DNA of 64,000 nt from an uncultured Nitrospiraceae bacterium (GTDB taxonomy: Bacteria > Nitrospirota > Thermodesulfovibrionia > Thermodesulfovibrionales > Dissulfurispiraceae): positions 224,001 to 288,000 of the forward strand of contig CAVPIW010000005.1 of the NCBI GenBank assembly GCA_963705105.1, in the 5' to 3' direction. This document shows positions 7,613-17,464 of this stretch, one piece after another. Position numbers and translations under genes: made by a program. Positions within the stretch are counted from its first letter, which is position 1, and every line of letters begins with the position of its first letter. The notes beneath the pieces are model-generated. The model was given only the letters and a program-made list of their open reading frames with translations. It was not told the DNA's origin and ran no database searches.

Positions 7613-7838
7613 CCAAAATAACGTAACACGAGGACAGGGCATGCTTTCTTCGCAAAATAAACTCCCTTTCCTCATGTGCATGTCTCTGTTACGAAAACCT
7701 TTACCTTCTCCGGCACACTGTGCGGCTCCCGCTGCGGCTTCGCCTTCGACTCCCGCCGCCGCTCACGGTACCCGTGAATTTTGCTTCAGAAACCACACCC
7801 TATCCTCGCTTCCGGGGTCTCACCGCAACTCATTTTGG
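7613..7838. repeat. Family B palindromic intergenic element, copy 1
   Basis: CCAAAA...TTTTGG ends with internal inverted arms; homologous to 18879-19111. Confidence 0.8.
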
Positions 7839-7861
7839 CAACCGCGCTACGAAGACCGGGC

Positions 7862-8029
7862 GGGGAGGCTGATGTGGTGAAAAGCCTTTCCGCTAAGATA
7901 CCTTATTCGTCACCAGACCACACTTTGCCGTGTCGATCGATACCAAATGCCCGTCAGGCAGCAAGCGCTCAACACATCGATATGTCTCATCATCGCATTG
8001 GAAAGGCTTTGAACCATATCTGCCTTCCC
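7862..8029. repeat. Family A ~168-bp palindromic element, copy 1
   Basis: Imperfect ~30-bp terminal inverted repeats GGGAAGGCWGATRTGGT..AAAGCCTTTCC; 4 copies in the window. Confidence 0.85.
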
Positions 8030-8078
8030 CCCCAGCATCTTGACCTTATGAATGAACTCCTTTCACTGACACCGTGCT

Positions 8079-9755
8079 TTACTCCTGATCCCCCAGCAGC
8101 TCCCCCGCGTGTTTCAACGACCCCTCCGTAAACCGTCCGCTCAACATGCGCGCAATCTCCCTCTTCCTGTCCTCGCCGGTGACGACGCTGATCTCCACGG
8201 AGACGCGCTGTTCATCGACGGCCTTGTCGATCTTCAGGTGATGGTCGGCCAGTGCGGCGATCTGGGGAAGGTGGGTGATGCACAACACCTGGTAGCCTCG
8301 GGAGAGCGCCTTGAGCCTGTTGCCCACATGCTGGGCCGTCACCCCGCCGACTCCCGCGTCGACTTCGTCAAAGATAAGGGTCTTGCCTCCGGGAACACCT
8401 TCCCCGGCCGGTGTCCGGCGGGGATCGGCGGTCTCAATGCATTTCATGGCGAGCATGATCCTTGAGAGCTCACCGCCCGAGGCGACCCTGATCAGCGGTT
8501 TCGGCGGCTCTCCCGGATTGGCCGAGAAGAGGAACTCCACATCATCCAGCCCTGTCTCGCCGATAATGTCCTTCGTCGAGATATGGACCTGAAAATCGGC
8601 TTTCTGGAAACCCAGTTCCCGGAGTTCCCTGATCACCATTACCCCGAGCGCATCAGCCCGTTCCCGCCTCCGCCGCGAGACATCGCCGGCGAGGGCTTTC
8701 TGCCTGTCTTCCACGCGACGGAGTTCCTCCTCCCATGTGCCGATCTGTTCATCCACATGGTCGAGCTGGTCACGCTCCTCCGCGGCTCTTGCGCGGAAGG
8801 CAAGGATCGCCGCGTTCGATTCACCGTACTTCTTCTCCAGTCTCCTGAGCAGAGAAAGCCGCTCCTCGATCTCGTCAAGTCTTCCGGGGTCCTCTTCATA
8901 GCGGTCCTTCAGGGAGCGAAGCCCGAGCGAGGCTTCCTCGACGAGAGGCAGGGCCGACTCGGTGATCGCAAGGATCTCCGCCGCCGCAGGGTCGATGGAC
9001 GCCATTTCCCTGATTCTGCCGATGGAGGCTGAGAGCTGACCGAGGCAGGAACTCTCCGCCCCGTAGAGCGACCGGTATGCCGATTCGGCGGCATCCCTGA
9101 GCCTGCCGAGGTTGACGAGGATCGCCCTTTCTTCGACGAGGGCCTCCTTTTCCCCTTCCCTGAGGTCCGCCGCGTCGATCTCGCCGATCTGGAACTCGAG
9201 GAAGTCTCTCTTCTGCGACCGTTCACGGAGGTCTTCACGGGCGGCACTGACCCGTTCCCTCAGTGCGGAGGCCTCACCGTAGAGCGCCCTGAGGGCACTG
9301 ACATCGTCTCCAAGGCCGCTGAACGCGTCAAGGAAGGACAGGTGGCTTTCTCTTTTCAGCAGGCCCTGGTGCTCATGCTGGCCATGAATATCAACGAGGC
9401 TGCTGCCGAGGGCCGAAAGGGTCTGCAGGCTGATGGGAGTATCGTTCGCGTAGGCCCTCCCCTTGCCCTGGGCGGAGATGATCCTCCTGAGGATGATGCC
9501 GTCGCCGTCATCGATGCCGAGAGACTGCAGCGCGATGTGTCCCGTGTTGTCGAAGGACGCCTCGATGTGCATCTCCCTTTCGCCCGAGCGTATCATGCCG
9601 GGAGATGCCCTTTCCCCGAGCATGAGCCCGAGGGCGTCGACGACAACGGACTTGCCGGTCCCCGTTTCGCCTGTGAGAATATTCAGCCCCTCCCTGAACT
9701 GGACGGTCAGGCTATCGATGATCGTGAAGTTCTTGATTCTCAGTTCACGGAGCAT
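8079..9755 (-). CDS. recN: DNA repair protein RecN
   Basis: LTGETGTGKS Walker A, DIHGQHEHQ, ASGGELSRIML, LIFDEVDAGVGG, ITHLPQIA. Confidence 0.96.
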   Translation of the reverse strand: MLRELRIKNFTIIDSLTVQFREGLNILTGETGTGKSVVVDALGLMLGERASPGMIRSGEREMHIEASFDNTGHIALQSLGIDDGDGIILRRIISAQGKGRAYANDTPISLQTLSALGSSLVDIHGQHEHQGLLKRESHLSFLDAFSGLGDDVSALRALYGEASALRERVSAAREDLRERSQKRDFLEFQIGEIDAADLREGEKEALVEERAILVNLGRLRDAAESAYRSLYGAESSCLGQLSASIGRIREMASIDPAAAEILAITESALPLVEEASLGLRSLKDRYEEDPGRLDEIEERLSLLRRLEKKYGESNAAILAFRARAAEERDQLDHVDEQIGTWEEELRRVEDRQKALAGDVSRRRRERADALGVMVIRELRELGFQKADFQVHISTKDIIGETGLDDVEFLFSANPGEPPKPLIRVASGGELSRIMLAMKCIETADPRRTPAGEGVPGGKTLIFDEVDAGVGGVTAQHVGNRLKALSRGYQVLCITHLPQIAALADHHLKIDKAVDEQRVSVEISVVTGEDRKREIARMLSGRFTEGSLKHAGELLGDQE

Positions 9756-9793
9756 GGCAGGAATGAACGTATCGGCAGGGTTTACCTCACAGT

Positions 9794-10126
9794 TGCATGA
9801 AAAGGCGGGACAAAGTGCCTCAAAGCCTTGCTGATAGCGACATTGATCATTTCATTCCATATGCTGTTCCGCCGGGAAGGCAGATATGGTTCAACGCCTT
9901 TCCAATGCGATGATGAGACATCTCAAGATGTTCAGCGCCTGTTGCCTGACAGAATTTTGGCATCAATAGACACGGCAAAGTGTGGTCTGGTGATGAATAA
10001 GGTATCTTAGCGGAAAGGCTTTTCACCACATCAGCCTTCCCTTCGCGTGTGTTTATCATCTGGATCCTGTTTGTTGTCTACCGTCTACTGTCTAATTTTT
10101 CGTGGCATCTTCGCCCCGCCTTTCCG
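9794..10126. repeat. Composite repeat: family C arms enclosing family A copy 2 (9874-10041)
   Basis: GAAAAGGCGGGACAAAG on the left, CTTCGCCCCGCCTTTCC on the right, family A between them. Confidence 0.8.
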
Positions 10127-10153
10127 GAAGGCCTGTGCAACGATGAGGTTCGG

Positions 10154-11413
10154 TCAGTGCGAACTTGAGTCGAGGAGCCCCTTGAACTCCCCCTGGTCCA
10201 GAGGACCGTAGACGGCGACGCTCATCTTCCCCGCGTTCACCAGGCGGTGGACGAGGTCCCGCATCTGCTCCATGCTCACGGCGTCGATCCCACGCATGAT
10301 CTCCTTCTGGGAGAAATAGCGGCCGTAATATATCTCCTGGCGGGCGATGCTCTGCATCCTGTTGCTCGTCGACTCGAGACCGAGAATGATGTTGCCCTTC
10401 AGCTGGTCCTTCGCCCTCTTCAGCTCTTCATCCGTCATGGTGTCAGCGAGGCCCCTCATTTCCCTGACGATCATTTCGATGACCGTTTTCGCCCTCTTCT
10501 TTCCCGTGCCGGCATATACGGTCCAATACCCCGTATCGACATAGGAAGAAACGAAGGAGTAGATCGAATAGGCATAGCCCTTTTTCTCCCGTATCTCCTG
10601 GAAGAGGCGGGAACTGACACTTGACCCGAGAATGCAGTTGAGGAGCGCAAGGCAGTACCTCTCCTCGCTTGCGTGAGGGAGGCCCTCGACACCGCAGCAG
10701 AAGTGGATTTCCGACAGGTCCTTGGGATAGACGGCGACCTGGCTGACGAAGGACGGCGGCGTGAGAGTCCTCGGCTCCGAGCCCCTGCGGAGATCTCCCA
10801 GGTGATGGTTGAGTATCCGGACGATCTCTTCAGGATCGAAGTTGCCGGCGCAGCCGATGACGGTGTCCGCCGTGCCGTAATATTTCCTGACATGTCCGAC
10901 CAGGTCGTCGCGGGTGAGCGTCCTTACCGTCTCCCGCCTGCCGAGAACGGACTGGCCGAGACCTGAATCGCCCCAGATGGTTTTATTGAAGAGGTCATGG
11001 ATGTAATCATCGGGCGTATCCTCGACGAGTTTGATCTCTTCCTTGATGACGCCCTTTTCCTTTTCGACCTCTTCTTCGGCGAGGGTGGAGTGAAGAAAGA
11101 TATCGGCGAGCAGCTCGACACCCTTGGCGACATACTCGTCGAGGACTTTGACATAAAAGGCGGTATTCTCCCGTGATGTGAAGGCGTTCAGATCGCCGCC
11201 GAGGGAATCGATCGCAAAGGCGATGTCCGTGGCGCTCCGTTTTTTCGTCCCCTTGAAAAACATGTGCTCAAGGAAATGGGACGTGCCGTTCTTTTCGGAG
11301 GGTTCGTTGCGGGAGCCGACCTTGACCCATATCCCGACAATGGCGGAGCGGAAGTTCTTCAACTGCTCCATCACGATGGGAATGCCGTTGTCGAGATGGC
11401 GCTTCGTGAACAT
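10154..11413 (-). CDS. Cytoplasmic M16 zinc protease (pnp-linked type)
   Basis: HFLEHMFFKGT, SSRLFQEIRE; directly downstream of pnp. Confidence 0.92.
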   Translation of the reverse strand: MFTKRHLDNGIPIVMEQLKNFRSAIVGIWVKVGSRNEPSEKNGTSHFLEHMFFKGTKKRSATDIAFAIDSLGGDLNAFTSRENTAFYVKVLDEYVAKGVELLADIFLHSTLAEEEVEKEKGVIKEEIKLVEDTPDDYIHDLFNKTIWGDSGLGQSVLGRRETVRTLTRDDLVGHVRKYYGTADTVIGCAGNFDPEEIVRILNHHLGDLRRGSEPRTLTPPSFVSQVAVYPKDLSEIHFCCGVEGLPHASEERYCLALLNCILGSSVSSRLFQEIREKKGYAYSIYSFVSSYVDTGYWTVYAGTGKKRAKTVIEMIVREMRGLADTMTDEELKRAKDQLKGNIILGLESTSNRMQSIARQEIYYGRYFSQKEIMRGIDAVSMEQMRDLVHRLVNAGKMSVAVYGPLDQGEFKGLLDSSSH

Positions 11414-11475
11414 GGATAGCGGGTCTCCTTCCCCTTACGGTGTGATATGCAGGCTGTAGGAAGAGGTTCCCCGGG

Positions 11476-13605
11476 TTACTGGTCCTGGCGTTTTCCCTTG
11501 CCCTCTTTGAGGGCCTCTTTCCTGCTCAGTCTCATCTTGCCCTGATTGTCGATCTCGAGGACCTTGACGACCACTTCGTCCCCGAGGTTGATCTCGTCCG
11601 TCACCTTGGCGATCCTCCTGTCGGCGATCTGAGAGATGTGCAGCAGACCCTCGACGCCGGGGATGATCTCGACGAAAGCGCCGAAATCCATGATCCTCTT
11701 CACCTTGCCCGTGTAGAGCTTGCCCACTTCCGCCTCGGCGACGATGCCGCTGATGATATCCATGGCCTTCTTCGCCGATTCTTCGTCCGGCGATGCGATG
11801 TTGATGAGACCGGAGTCGTCGATGTCGATCTTCACGCCCGTCTGGTCGATGATGCCGCGGATTACCTTACCGCCCGTCCCGATGACGTCCCTGATCTTTT
11901 CCTGCCTGATCTGCATGACGAAGATCCTCGGCGCGTGGGGGGAGAGCTGCGTGCGCGGCGCCGCGAGCACCTCATTCATCTTGTCGATAATGAAGAGCCT
12001 GCCTTTCCGGGCCTGCTCGAGGGCGTCCTTCATGATCCCGTGCGTGACCCCTCCGATCTTCACATCCATCTGGAATGCCGTGATGCCGTCCCTCGTCCCG
12101 GCGACCTTGAAGTCCATATCTCCGAGGTGGTCCTCGAGACCGAGGATGTCAGTAAGAACGACGACACGTTCGCCCTCCTTGATGAGTCCCATGGCGATGC
12201 CGGCAACAGGTTTCTGGATGGGAACGCCGCCGTCCATGAGCGAAAGGGTGGCGCCGCAGACCGTGGCCATCGATGAAGAACCGTTCGACTCGAGGATGTC
12301 CGAAACGATCCTGATCGTATAGGGAAAAGCCTCTTTCGAGGGAATGACATACTTGATCGCCCGCTCCGCCAGCGATCCGTGACCGATCTCGCGGCGTCCG
12401 GGCGAACGGAGCGGCTTCACCTCGCCGACGCTGAAGGGCGGAAAGTTGTAATGGAGCATGAAGGTCTTATACATCTCACCTTCAAGCGCGTCGATCTTCT
12501 GTTCGTCCTCCGACGTACCGAGGGTCGTGACGACGAGGGCCTGCGTCTCACCCCTGATGAAAAGGGCCGATCCGTGGACGCGGGGAAGAATGCTCACCAT
12601 GCCGGAAATGTGCCGGATCTCGTCGAACCTTCGTCCGTCCGCCCTGATCCCTTCTTCGAGAATCATCGTCCGCACGATCTCTTTCTCGAAATCTTCGGCC
12701 ATGGTGACGACTTCCCTCGTCAAGTCCTTGTTGGCGTCCTGGTAGTACTGTTCCCGCTTTTCGGGAACGTTGAGATGAGCGACGACATCCTTGAGGATGG
12801 CCGTGATCGCGTCCTGGCGCTGTTGTTTTCCGGGGATCCTGATGGCATCGTGAAGGCGTTCCCGGATGAAGGCCCTTACCTCATCCCTCAACTCGGTCCT
12901 TTCGACGGGCGGCTCGACAACCCTCTTCGGCCTGCCCGCGAGATCCCGAAGTTCCCGCTGGGCGGCCACAATCCGCTTGATCTCCTCATGGGCACGGGAG
13001 ATCGCTTCGAGAAGGACGTCCTCCGTCGTTTCGCCGCCGCCGCCTTCCACCATGATGACGGCTTCATCCGTCCCGGCGACAACGAGATTGAGATCGATCT
13101 GCTCCACCTGTGAAAGGTCGGGATTGATGATCAGTTCCCCGTCGAGACGTCCGATCCTGACGGCGCCGACAGGTCCGTCAAAGGGAATGTCGGAGATGTG
13201 AATCGCCGCAGACATCCCGATAATGCCGAGGATATCGGAAATATTCTCCGTCCCGTAGGAGAGGACCGAGACGATGCCCTGGGTCTCGCAGTAGAATCCT
13301 TTCGGAAAGAGCGGCCTCATGGGCCGGTCGATAAGGCGGGAGGTGAGCACCTCCTTTTCGGACGGTCTTCCTTCCCTCTTAAAAAAACCGCCGGGGATTT
13401 TTCCGGCGGCATAGGTCTTTTCCTGGTAATCGATCGTCAAGGGAAAGAAGTCAAGCCCTTCCTTCGCTTTCTTGGACGCCACGGCCGTCGCCAGCACAAC
13501 GGTATCCCCATACGTCAGCACGACAGCCCCGTCGGACTGCCTCGCCATTCTGCCGGTCTCTATGAGCAGGCGTTTTCCATCAATCTCAATCTCTGCACTC
13601 GTCAT
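11476..13605 (-). CDS. pnp: Polyribonucleotide nucleotidyltransferase
   Basis: FFPLTIDY, GKIPGGFFKREG, RREIGHG, LESNGSSSMA, GDMDFKVAG; KH and S1 domains. Confidence 0.99.
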   Translation of the reverse strand: MTSAEIEIDGKRLLIETGRMARQSDGAVVLTYGDTVVLATAVASKKAKEGLDFFPLTIDYQEKTYAAGKIPGGFFKREGRPSEKEVLTSRLIDRPMRPLFPKGFYCETQGIVSVLSYGTENISDILGIIGMSAAIHISDIPFDGPVGAVRIGRLDGELIINPDLSQVEQIDLNLVVAGTDEAVIMVEGGGGETTEDVLLEAISRAHEEIKRIVAAQRELRDLAGRPKRVVEPPVERTELRDEVRAFIRERLHDAIRIPGKQQRQDAITAILKDVVAHLNVPEKREQYYQDANKDLTREVVTMAEDFEKEIVRTMILEEGIRADGRRFDEIRHISGMVSILPRVHGSALFIRGETQALVVTTLGTSEDEQKIDALEGEMYKTFMLHYNFPPFSVGEVKPLRSPGRREIGHGSLAERAIKYVIPSKEAFPYTIRIVSDILESNGSSSMATVCGATLSLMDGGVPIQKPVAGIAMGLIKEGERVVVLTDILGLEDHLGDMDFKVAGTRDGITAFQMDVKIGGVTHGIMKDALEQARKGRLFIIDKMNEVLAAPRTQLSPHAPRIFVMQIRQEKIRDVIGTGGKVIRGIIDQTGVKIDIDDSGLINIASPDEESAKKAMDIISGIVAEAEVGKLYTGKVKRIMDFGAFVEIIPGVEGLLHISQIADRRIAKVTDEINLGDEVVVKVLEIDNQGKMRLSRKEALKEGKGKRQDQ

Positions 13606-13672
13606 GAACGTCTCTTCCCCTTCTGTATTATTGGATGTGTGGTACCTGGTCGGGTACTTGCCGTGAAGGCGG

Positions 13673-13942
13673 CTATTTTCTGAGTCCGAGGCGCTCGATG
13701 ATCTTTTCGTAGCGGGACTTGTCCGATGTCCTGAGATACAGGAGGAGCTTCTTCCTCATCGCGACGAGCTTGAGCAGCCCTCTCCTTGAATGGTGGTCCT
13801 TTTTATGGGTTTTGAAATGATCGGTCAGGTAATTGATCCTCTCCGTCAGAAGAGCGATCTGCACTTCAGGAGAACCTGTATCCTTTTCATGAATCTTGTA
13901 TGATTCGATAATTTCCCTTTTCTTGTCCGTAATGAGAGCCAT
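13673..13942 (-). CDS. rpsO: 30S ribosomal protein S15
   Basis: [16 protein letters not shown]...[12 protein letters not shown]; upstream of pnp. Confidence 0.99.
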   Translation of the reverse strand: MALITDKKREIIESYKIHEKDTGSPEVQIALLTERINYLTDHFKTHKKDHHSRRGLLKLVAMRKKLLLYLRTSDKSRYEKIIERLGLRK

Positions 13943-14081
13943 CCATGCACCACCTTTCTGCGTAATAACCGGTCATTCCGGCGTGAAGCACTGTCAATGA
14001 AACGCTAAAATCATTGTCTTTCAGAATATTAGGTTAGCATATGTCCCGAAGCCCTGTAAAGGTTCCCCGGCGGGACCATCC

Positions 14082-14095
14082 TTGATCTAAGTCAA
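14082..14095. promoter_or_regulatory. CRP/FNR-family (FNR/Dnr/HcpR-like) box
   Basis: TTGAT-CTAA-GTCAA, one mismatch from TTGAT-N4-ATCAA, upstream of the HPP gene. Confidence 0.6.
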
Positions 14096-14183
14096 TGACG
14101 CCGGTCACGCGCAGCAGGCATACTTGAACATGTACGCTGACCCATGCTTCGCAGACGGTCGGCATTCCGGAGGTGAAGAGAAC

Positions 14184-14726
14184 ATGATCGGGACGTACTT
14201 CGAAAAAATGAAAGGCGGCGCCAAGGTCCCTCCCGGCCTGCCCCTTCCGGAAGTGCTCTGGTCATGGCTCGGCGCCTTCACCGGCATCGGACTCTGCGGT
14301 TATCTCTCGGCGCTGTATTTCGAGCCGCGAGACCTGACGCTCATAATCGGCTCCTTCGGCGCCTCGGCGGTCCTCATTTACGGCGCCGTCAGGAGTCCTT
14401 TCGCCCAGCCGAGAAACCTCATCGGCGGCCATGTCATCTCGGCTCTCATCGGTGTGGCCTGCTTCAAACTTTTCGGTGAAACGCCGTGGATCGCCTCGGC
14501 CTTTGCCGTCTCCTTGGCCATTGCTGCCATGCTCGTGACGAAGACGGTTCACCCGCCCGGCGGCGCCACGGCCCTCATAGCAGTCGTCGGGGGCAGGAAG
14601 ATTCAGGACCTCGGTTTTCTCTATGCCTTCATCCCCGCAGGCGCCGGCGCCCTCGTTCTCCTGATCATGGCGCTTCTCGTGAACAACCTCTCGAAAAACC
14701 GGAGATACCCGGACTACTGGATATAG
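14184..14726 (+). CDS. HPP family membrane protein
   Basis: SFGASAVLIYG...SPFAQPRNLIGGH and HPPGGATAL motifs; GGAGG before ATG 14184. Confidence 0.92.
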   Translation: MIGTYFEKMKGGAKVPPGLPLPEVLWSWLGAFTGIGLCGYLSALYFEPRDLTLIIGSFGASAVLIYGAVRSPFAQPRNLIGGHVISALIGVACFKLFGETPWIASAFAVSLAIAAMLVTKTVHPPGGATALIAVVGGRKIQDLGFLYAFIPAGAGALVLLIMALLVNNLSKNRRYPDYWI

Positions 14727-14759
14727 TTGCATATAAAGTCACCAAAAGGAGGAATCATC

Positions 14760-15077
14760 ATGGCAGACGTGCTCGATCTGAAAAAGCTCATCACCTTTCA
14801 TCCCGACAAAATCTACAGGGAGATGCTCTCGGACAAACCGGAGATGCGCATCGCCCTCATGTGCCTCAAGGCGGGTCAGAAGCTCGATCCTCACAAGGCG
14901 CCGCTGAGGCTCCTCATGTACTGCGTCGGGGGGAAAGGCACCTTCACCGTGGGAGACGAGAAAATCGAGGCCGACGAAAAGACGTGCATCCTCTGCGATC
15001 CAATGGTACCTCACGGCTTCGCAGCGGACAGGGGGGACAACCTCGTCGTCATGGCCGTCGTGACGCCCGTCGAATAA
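14760..15077 (+). CDS. Cupin domain protein
   Basis: L.AGQ.L.PH...G.G.FTVG...P.VPHG pattern; AAGGAGG RBS. Confidence 0.8.
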   Translation: MADVLDLKKLITFHPDKIYREMLSDKPEMRIALMCLKAGQKLDPHKAPLRLLMYCVGGKGTFTVGDEKIEADEKTCILCDPMVPHGFAADRGDNLVVMAVVTPVE

Positions 15078-15136
15078 TCGCATCATTCACTCCGACCTCT
15101 CCCCCTCCTCGCCCCAGAGGAGGGGAAACCTTATCG

Positions 15137-15468
15137 TTGCATGAAAAGGCGGGGCGAAGCGCTCTGAAAAACAGTGTCGGTGTCAGTGTGAGTGTCGGTG
15201 TCACTACCGCTGCCTCAGGGAAGGCAGATATGGTTCAAAGCCTTTCCAATGCGATGATGAGACACCTCAAGATGTTCAGCGCCTGTTGCCTGACGGGCTT
15301 TTTGCATCAATAGACACGGCAAAGTGTGGTCCGGTGATGAATAAGGTATCTTAGCGGAAAGGCTTTTCACCACATCAGCCTTCCCTTCGCGCGTGTTTGT
15401 CATCTGGATCCTGTTTGTTGTCTACCGTCTGCTGTCTAATTTTTCGTGGCATCTTCGCCCCGCCTTTG
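15137..15468. repeat. Composite repeat: family C arms enclosing family A copy 3 (15218-15385)
   Basis: Same layout and nearly the same right flank as 9794-10126; includes GTGTCR hexamer repeats. Confidence 0.8.
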
Positions 15469-15673
15469 CAGGTAACGATAAGGGGAACTCACCCGGAAAG
15501 GCGTATGCAATGACAATGTCTGTTTTGCGCTCTTTGCGGCTTTGCGTGAGATAATATGTCGTATTGAAGCGACGCATCGCGGGGCCGCCCTTGAATCGCC
15601 CTCTTTGTGTACGGTATCATGATGTTTGTTCCATAGCCGTTTTTCAGGTCCACATATACAGGGAGCACATCCA

Positions 15674-17083
15674 TTGAGCGAAAACATCAGGGTGCGATTT
15701 GCGCCGAGCCCCACCGGCCACCTCCACATCGGCGGCGCCCGGACGGCCCTCTTCAACTGGCTTTTTGCGCGTCATCACGGCGGCATCTTCATCCTGAGGA
15801 TCGAGGACACCGACCGGAGCCGTTCGACGGAAGAATTCATCGATGCCATCATCGACGGCATGGGGTGGCTGAAACTCGACTGGGACGAGGGCCCATTCCG
15901 CCAGACGGACCGTTTTGACGTTTACAGGAATTATGCCAACCGCCTGCTCGATGAGGGCAGGGCCTACCGGTGTTACTGCTCTCCCGAGGAACTCGAGCGA
16001 AGAAGGCAGGAAGCCCTTGCGCAGGGACGGACGCCGAAGTACGACGGAAGGTGCAGGGATCTCTCCGCTCCTGTTGCGGGCGTGGAGCCGGCCGTGCGCT
16101 TCAGAATGCCGCAGGAGGGCAGCACCGTCATAGACGACCTGATCAAGGGACCCATCGAGTTCGACAACAATCAGCTTGAAGACCTCGTGATCATGCGATC
16201 CGACGGCACACCGACCTACAATTTCGTGGTCGTCGTCGACGACATCGACATGCGGATCACCCACATCATCAGGGGCGACGACCACCTGAACAACACCCCC
16301 AAGCAGATCCACATCTACCGGGCCTTCGGCTGGGAGCCCCCTCGGTTCGGGCACCTGCCGATGATCCTCGGCGCCGACAAGGCAAGGCTCAGCAAGCGCC
16401 ACGGCGCGACCTCCGTCATGGCCTACCGCGACATGGGGTACCTGCCCGAGGCCCTCGTCAACTATCTCGTGCGCCTCGGATGGTCCTTCGGAGACCAGGA
16501 GGTTTTCACGAAGGAGGAGCTGATCCGCCACTTCTCACTCGACAGCGTCGGCAAGTCGGCGGCGGTCTTCAACCCCGAGAAGCTCCTCTGGCTAAACGGG
16601 CAGTACATGATCGCGACTGACGAAAACATCCTCGCATCGCTTGTCATGCCTTTCCTCGTGCAGGAGGGTATCGTCAGCGAGGGACAGACCATGGATATGC
16701 CCTGGCTCGCGGCGGCTGTCCGTACCCTGCGGGAGCGGTGCAAGACCCTTGTTGAGCTCGCCCGGTCCCTGCGGTATTACGTCCTGGACCATGTCGACAT
16801 AGATCCGAAAGCGAGGGAAAAGTTCCTCAAGCCCGATCAGGTAAAGCTGCTGTCGGAGCTGACGGGGCCGATCGCGGGACTGGCCGAGTTCACGGCTGAC
16901 GAGCTGGGAAAGGTCTTCCAGACTTTTACGGAAGAGCGGGGCCTCAAGCTCGGCGCCGTGGCCCAGCCGATGCGCGTCGCCATCACAGGAGGAACGGCGA
17001 GCCCCGGGATCTTCGAAGTCATGGAGATCGTCGGAAAAGAGAAGGTACTGAAGAGAATCGCACGGGTTACGGAGGAGAAATGA
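15674..17083 (+). CDS. gltX: Glutamate--tRNA ligase
   Basis: RVRFAPSPTG.LHIGG, LRIEDTD, IIRGDDH, RLSKRHG; TTG start after GGGAG. Confidence 0.98.
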   Translation: MSENIRVRFAPSPTGHLHIGGARTALFNWLFARHHGGIFILRIEDTDRSRSTEEFIDAIIDGMGWLKLDWDEGPFRQTDRFDVYRNYANRLLDEGRAYRCYCSPEELERRRQEALAQGRTPKYDGRCRDLSAPVAGVEPAVRFRMPQEGSTVIDDLIKGPIEFDNNQLEDLVIMRSDGTPTYNFVVVVDDIDMRITHIIRGDDHLNNTPKQIHIYRAFGWEPPRFGHLPMILGADKARLSKRHGATSVMAYRDMGYLPEALVNYLVRLGWSFGDQEVFTKEELIRHFSLDSVGKSAAVFNPEKLLWLNGQYMIATDENILASLVMPFLVQEGIVSEGQTMDMPWLAAAVRTLRERCKTLVELARSLRYYVLDHVDIDPKAREKFLKPDQVKLLSELTGPIAGLAEFTADELGKVFQTFTEERGLKLGAVAQPMRVAITGGTASPGIFEVMEIVGKEKVLKRIARVTEEK

Positions 17084-17250
17084 CGGGGATCAGCAAAGAG
17101 CTTCTCGAAATATTGGCCTGTCCGAAATGCAAGGGCGACGTTCACATGAACGAGGCGGGAGACGGCTTGACATGCCCTGCCTGCGGGCTCCTCTACCCCA
17201 TTCGTGACGGCTTTCCCGTCATGCTCGTCGAAGAGGCGATCAGGCTTTAA
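17080..17250 (+). CDS. Trm112-family small protein (56 aa; not in the ORF track)
   Basis: MTGISKELLEILACPKCKG...L.CPACGLLYPIRDGFPVMLVEEA; ATGA overlap with gltX. Confidence 0.9.
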   Translation: MTGISKELLEILACPKCKGDVHMNEAGDGLTCPACGLLYPIRDGFPVMLVEEAIRL

Positions 17251-17267
17251 CTTTACGTATACGCGAA

Positions 17268-17441
17268 TGAAAGGCGGGGTGTATGCGCCGAAGACCTTGC
17301 TGCGGCGACACCTGTATCGAGACGAAAGACGAATTACAGGCAAATGGTCGATGACATAAAGAGTGGATTCCTGAAAAACGAAGCTGACGATGCGTATCGT
17401 CGCCTTCAGCAAGGCTTTGAGGCGTTTCGCCCCGCCTTTCC
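17268..17441. repeat. Family C palindromic element
   Basis: GAAAGGCGGGG.GTATGCGCC...GGCGTTTCGCCCCGCCTTTC; homologs at 42285-42454 and 56895-57188. Confidence 0.8.
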
Positions 17442-17464
17442 ATTCAACTGAAAGGGAAATCATA

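Noticed and set aside
7781..8131. Recurrent short ORFs containing KADVVKSLSAKIPYSSPDHTLPC or MLSSQNKLP (also ~9847, 15215, 18911, 35379)
   Set aside because: They are translations of repeat families A and B with inconsistent starts and stops.
13943..14040. S15 ribosomal leader RNA
   Set aside because: Plausible by position, but I could not identify a convincing structure.
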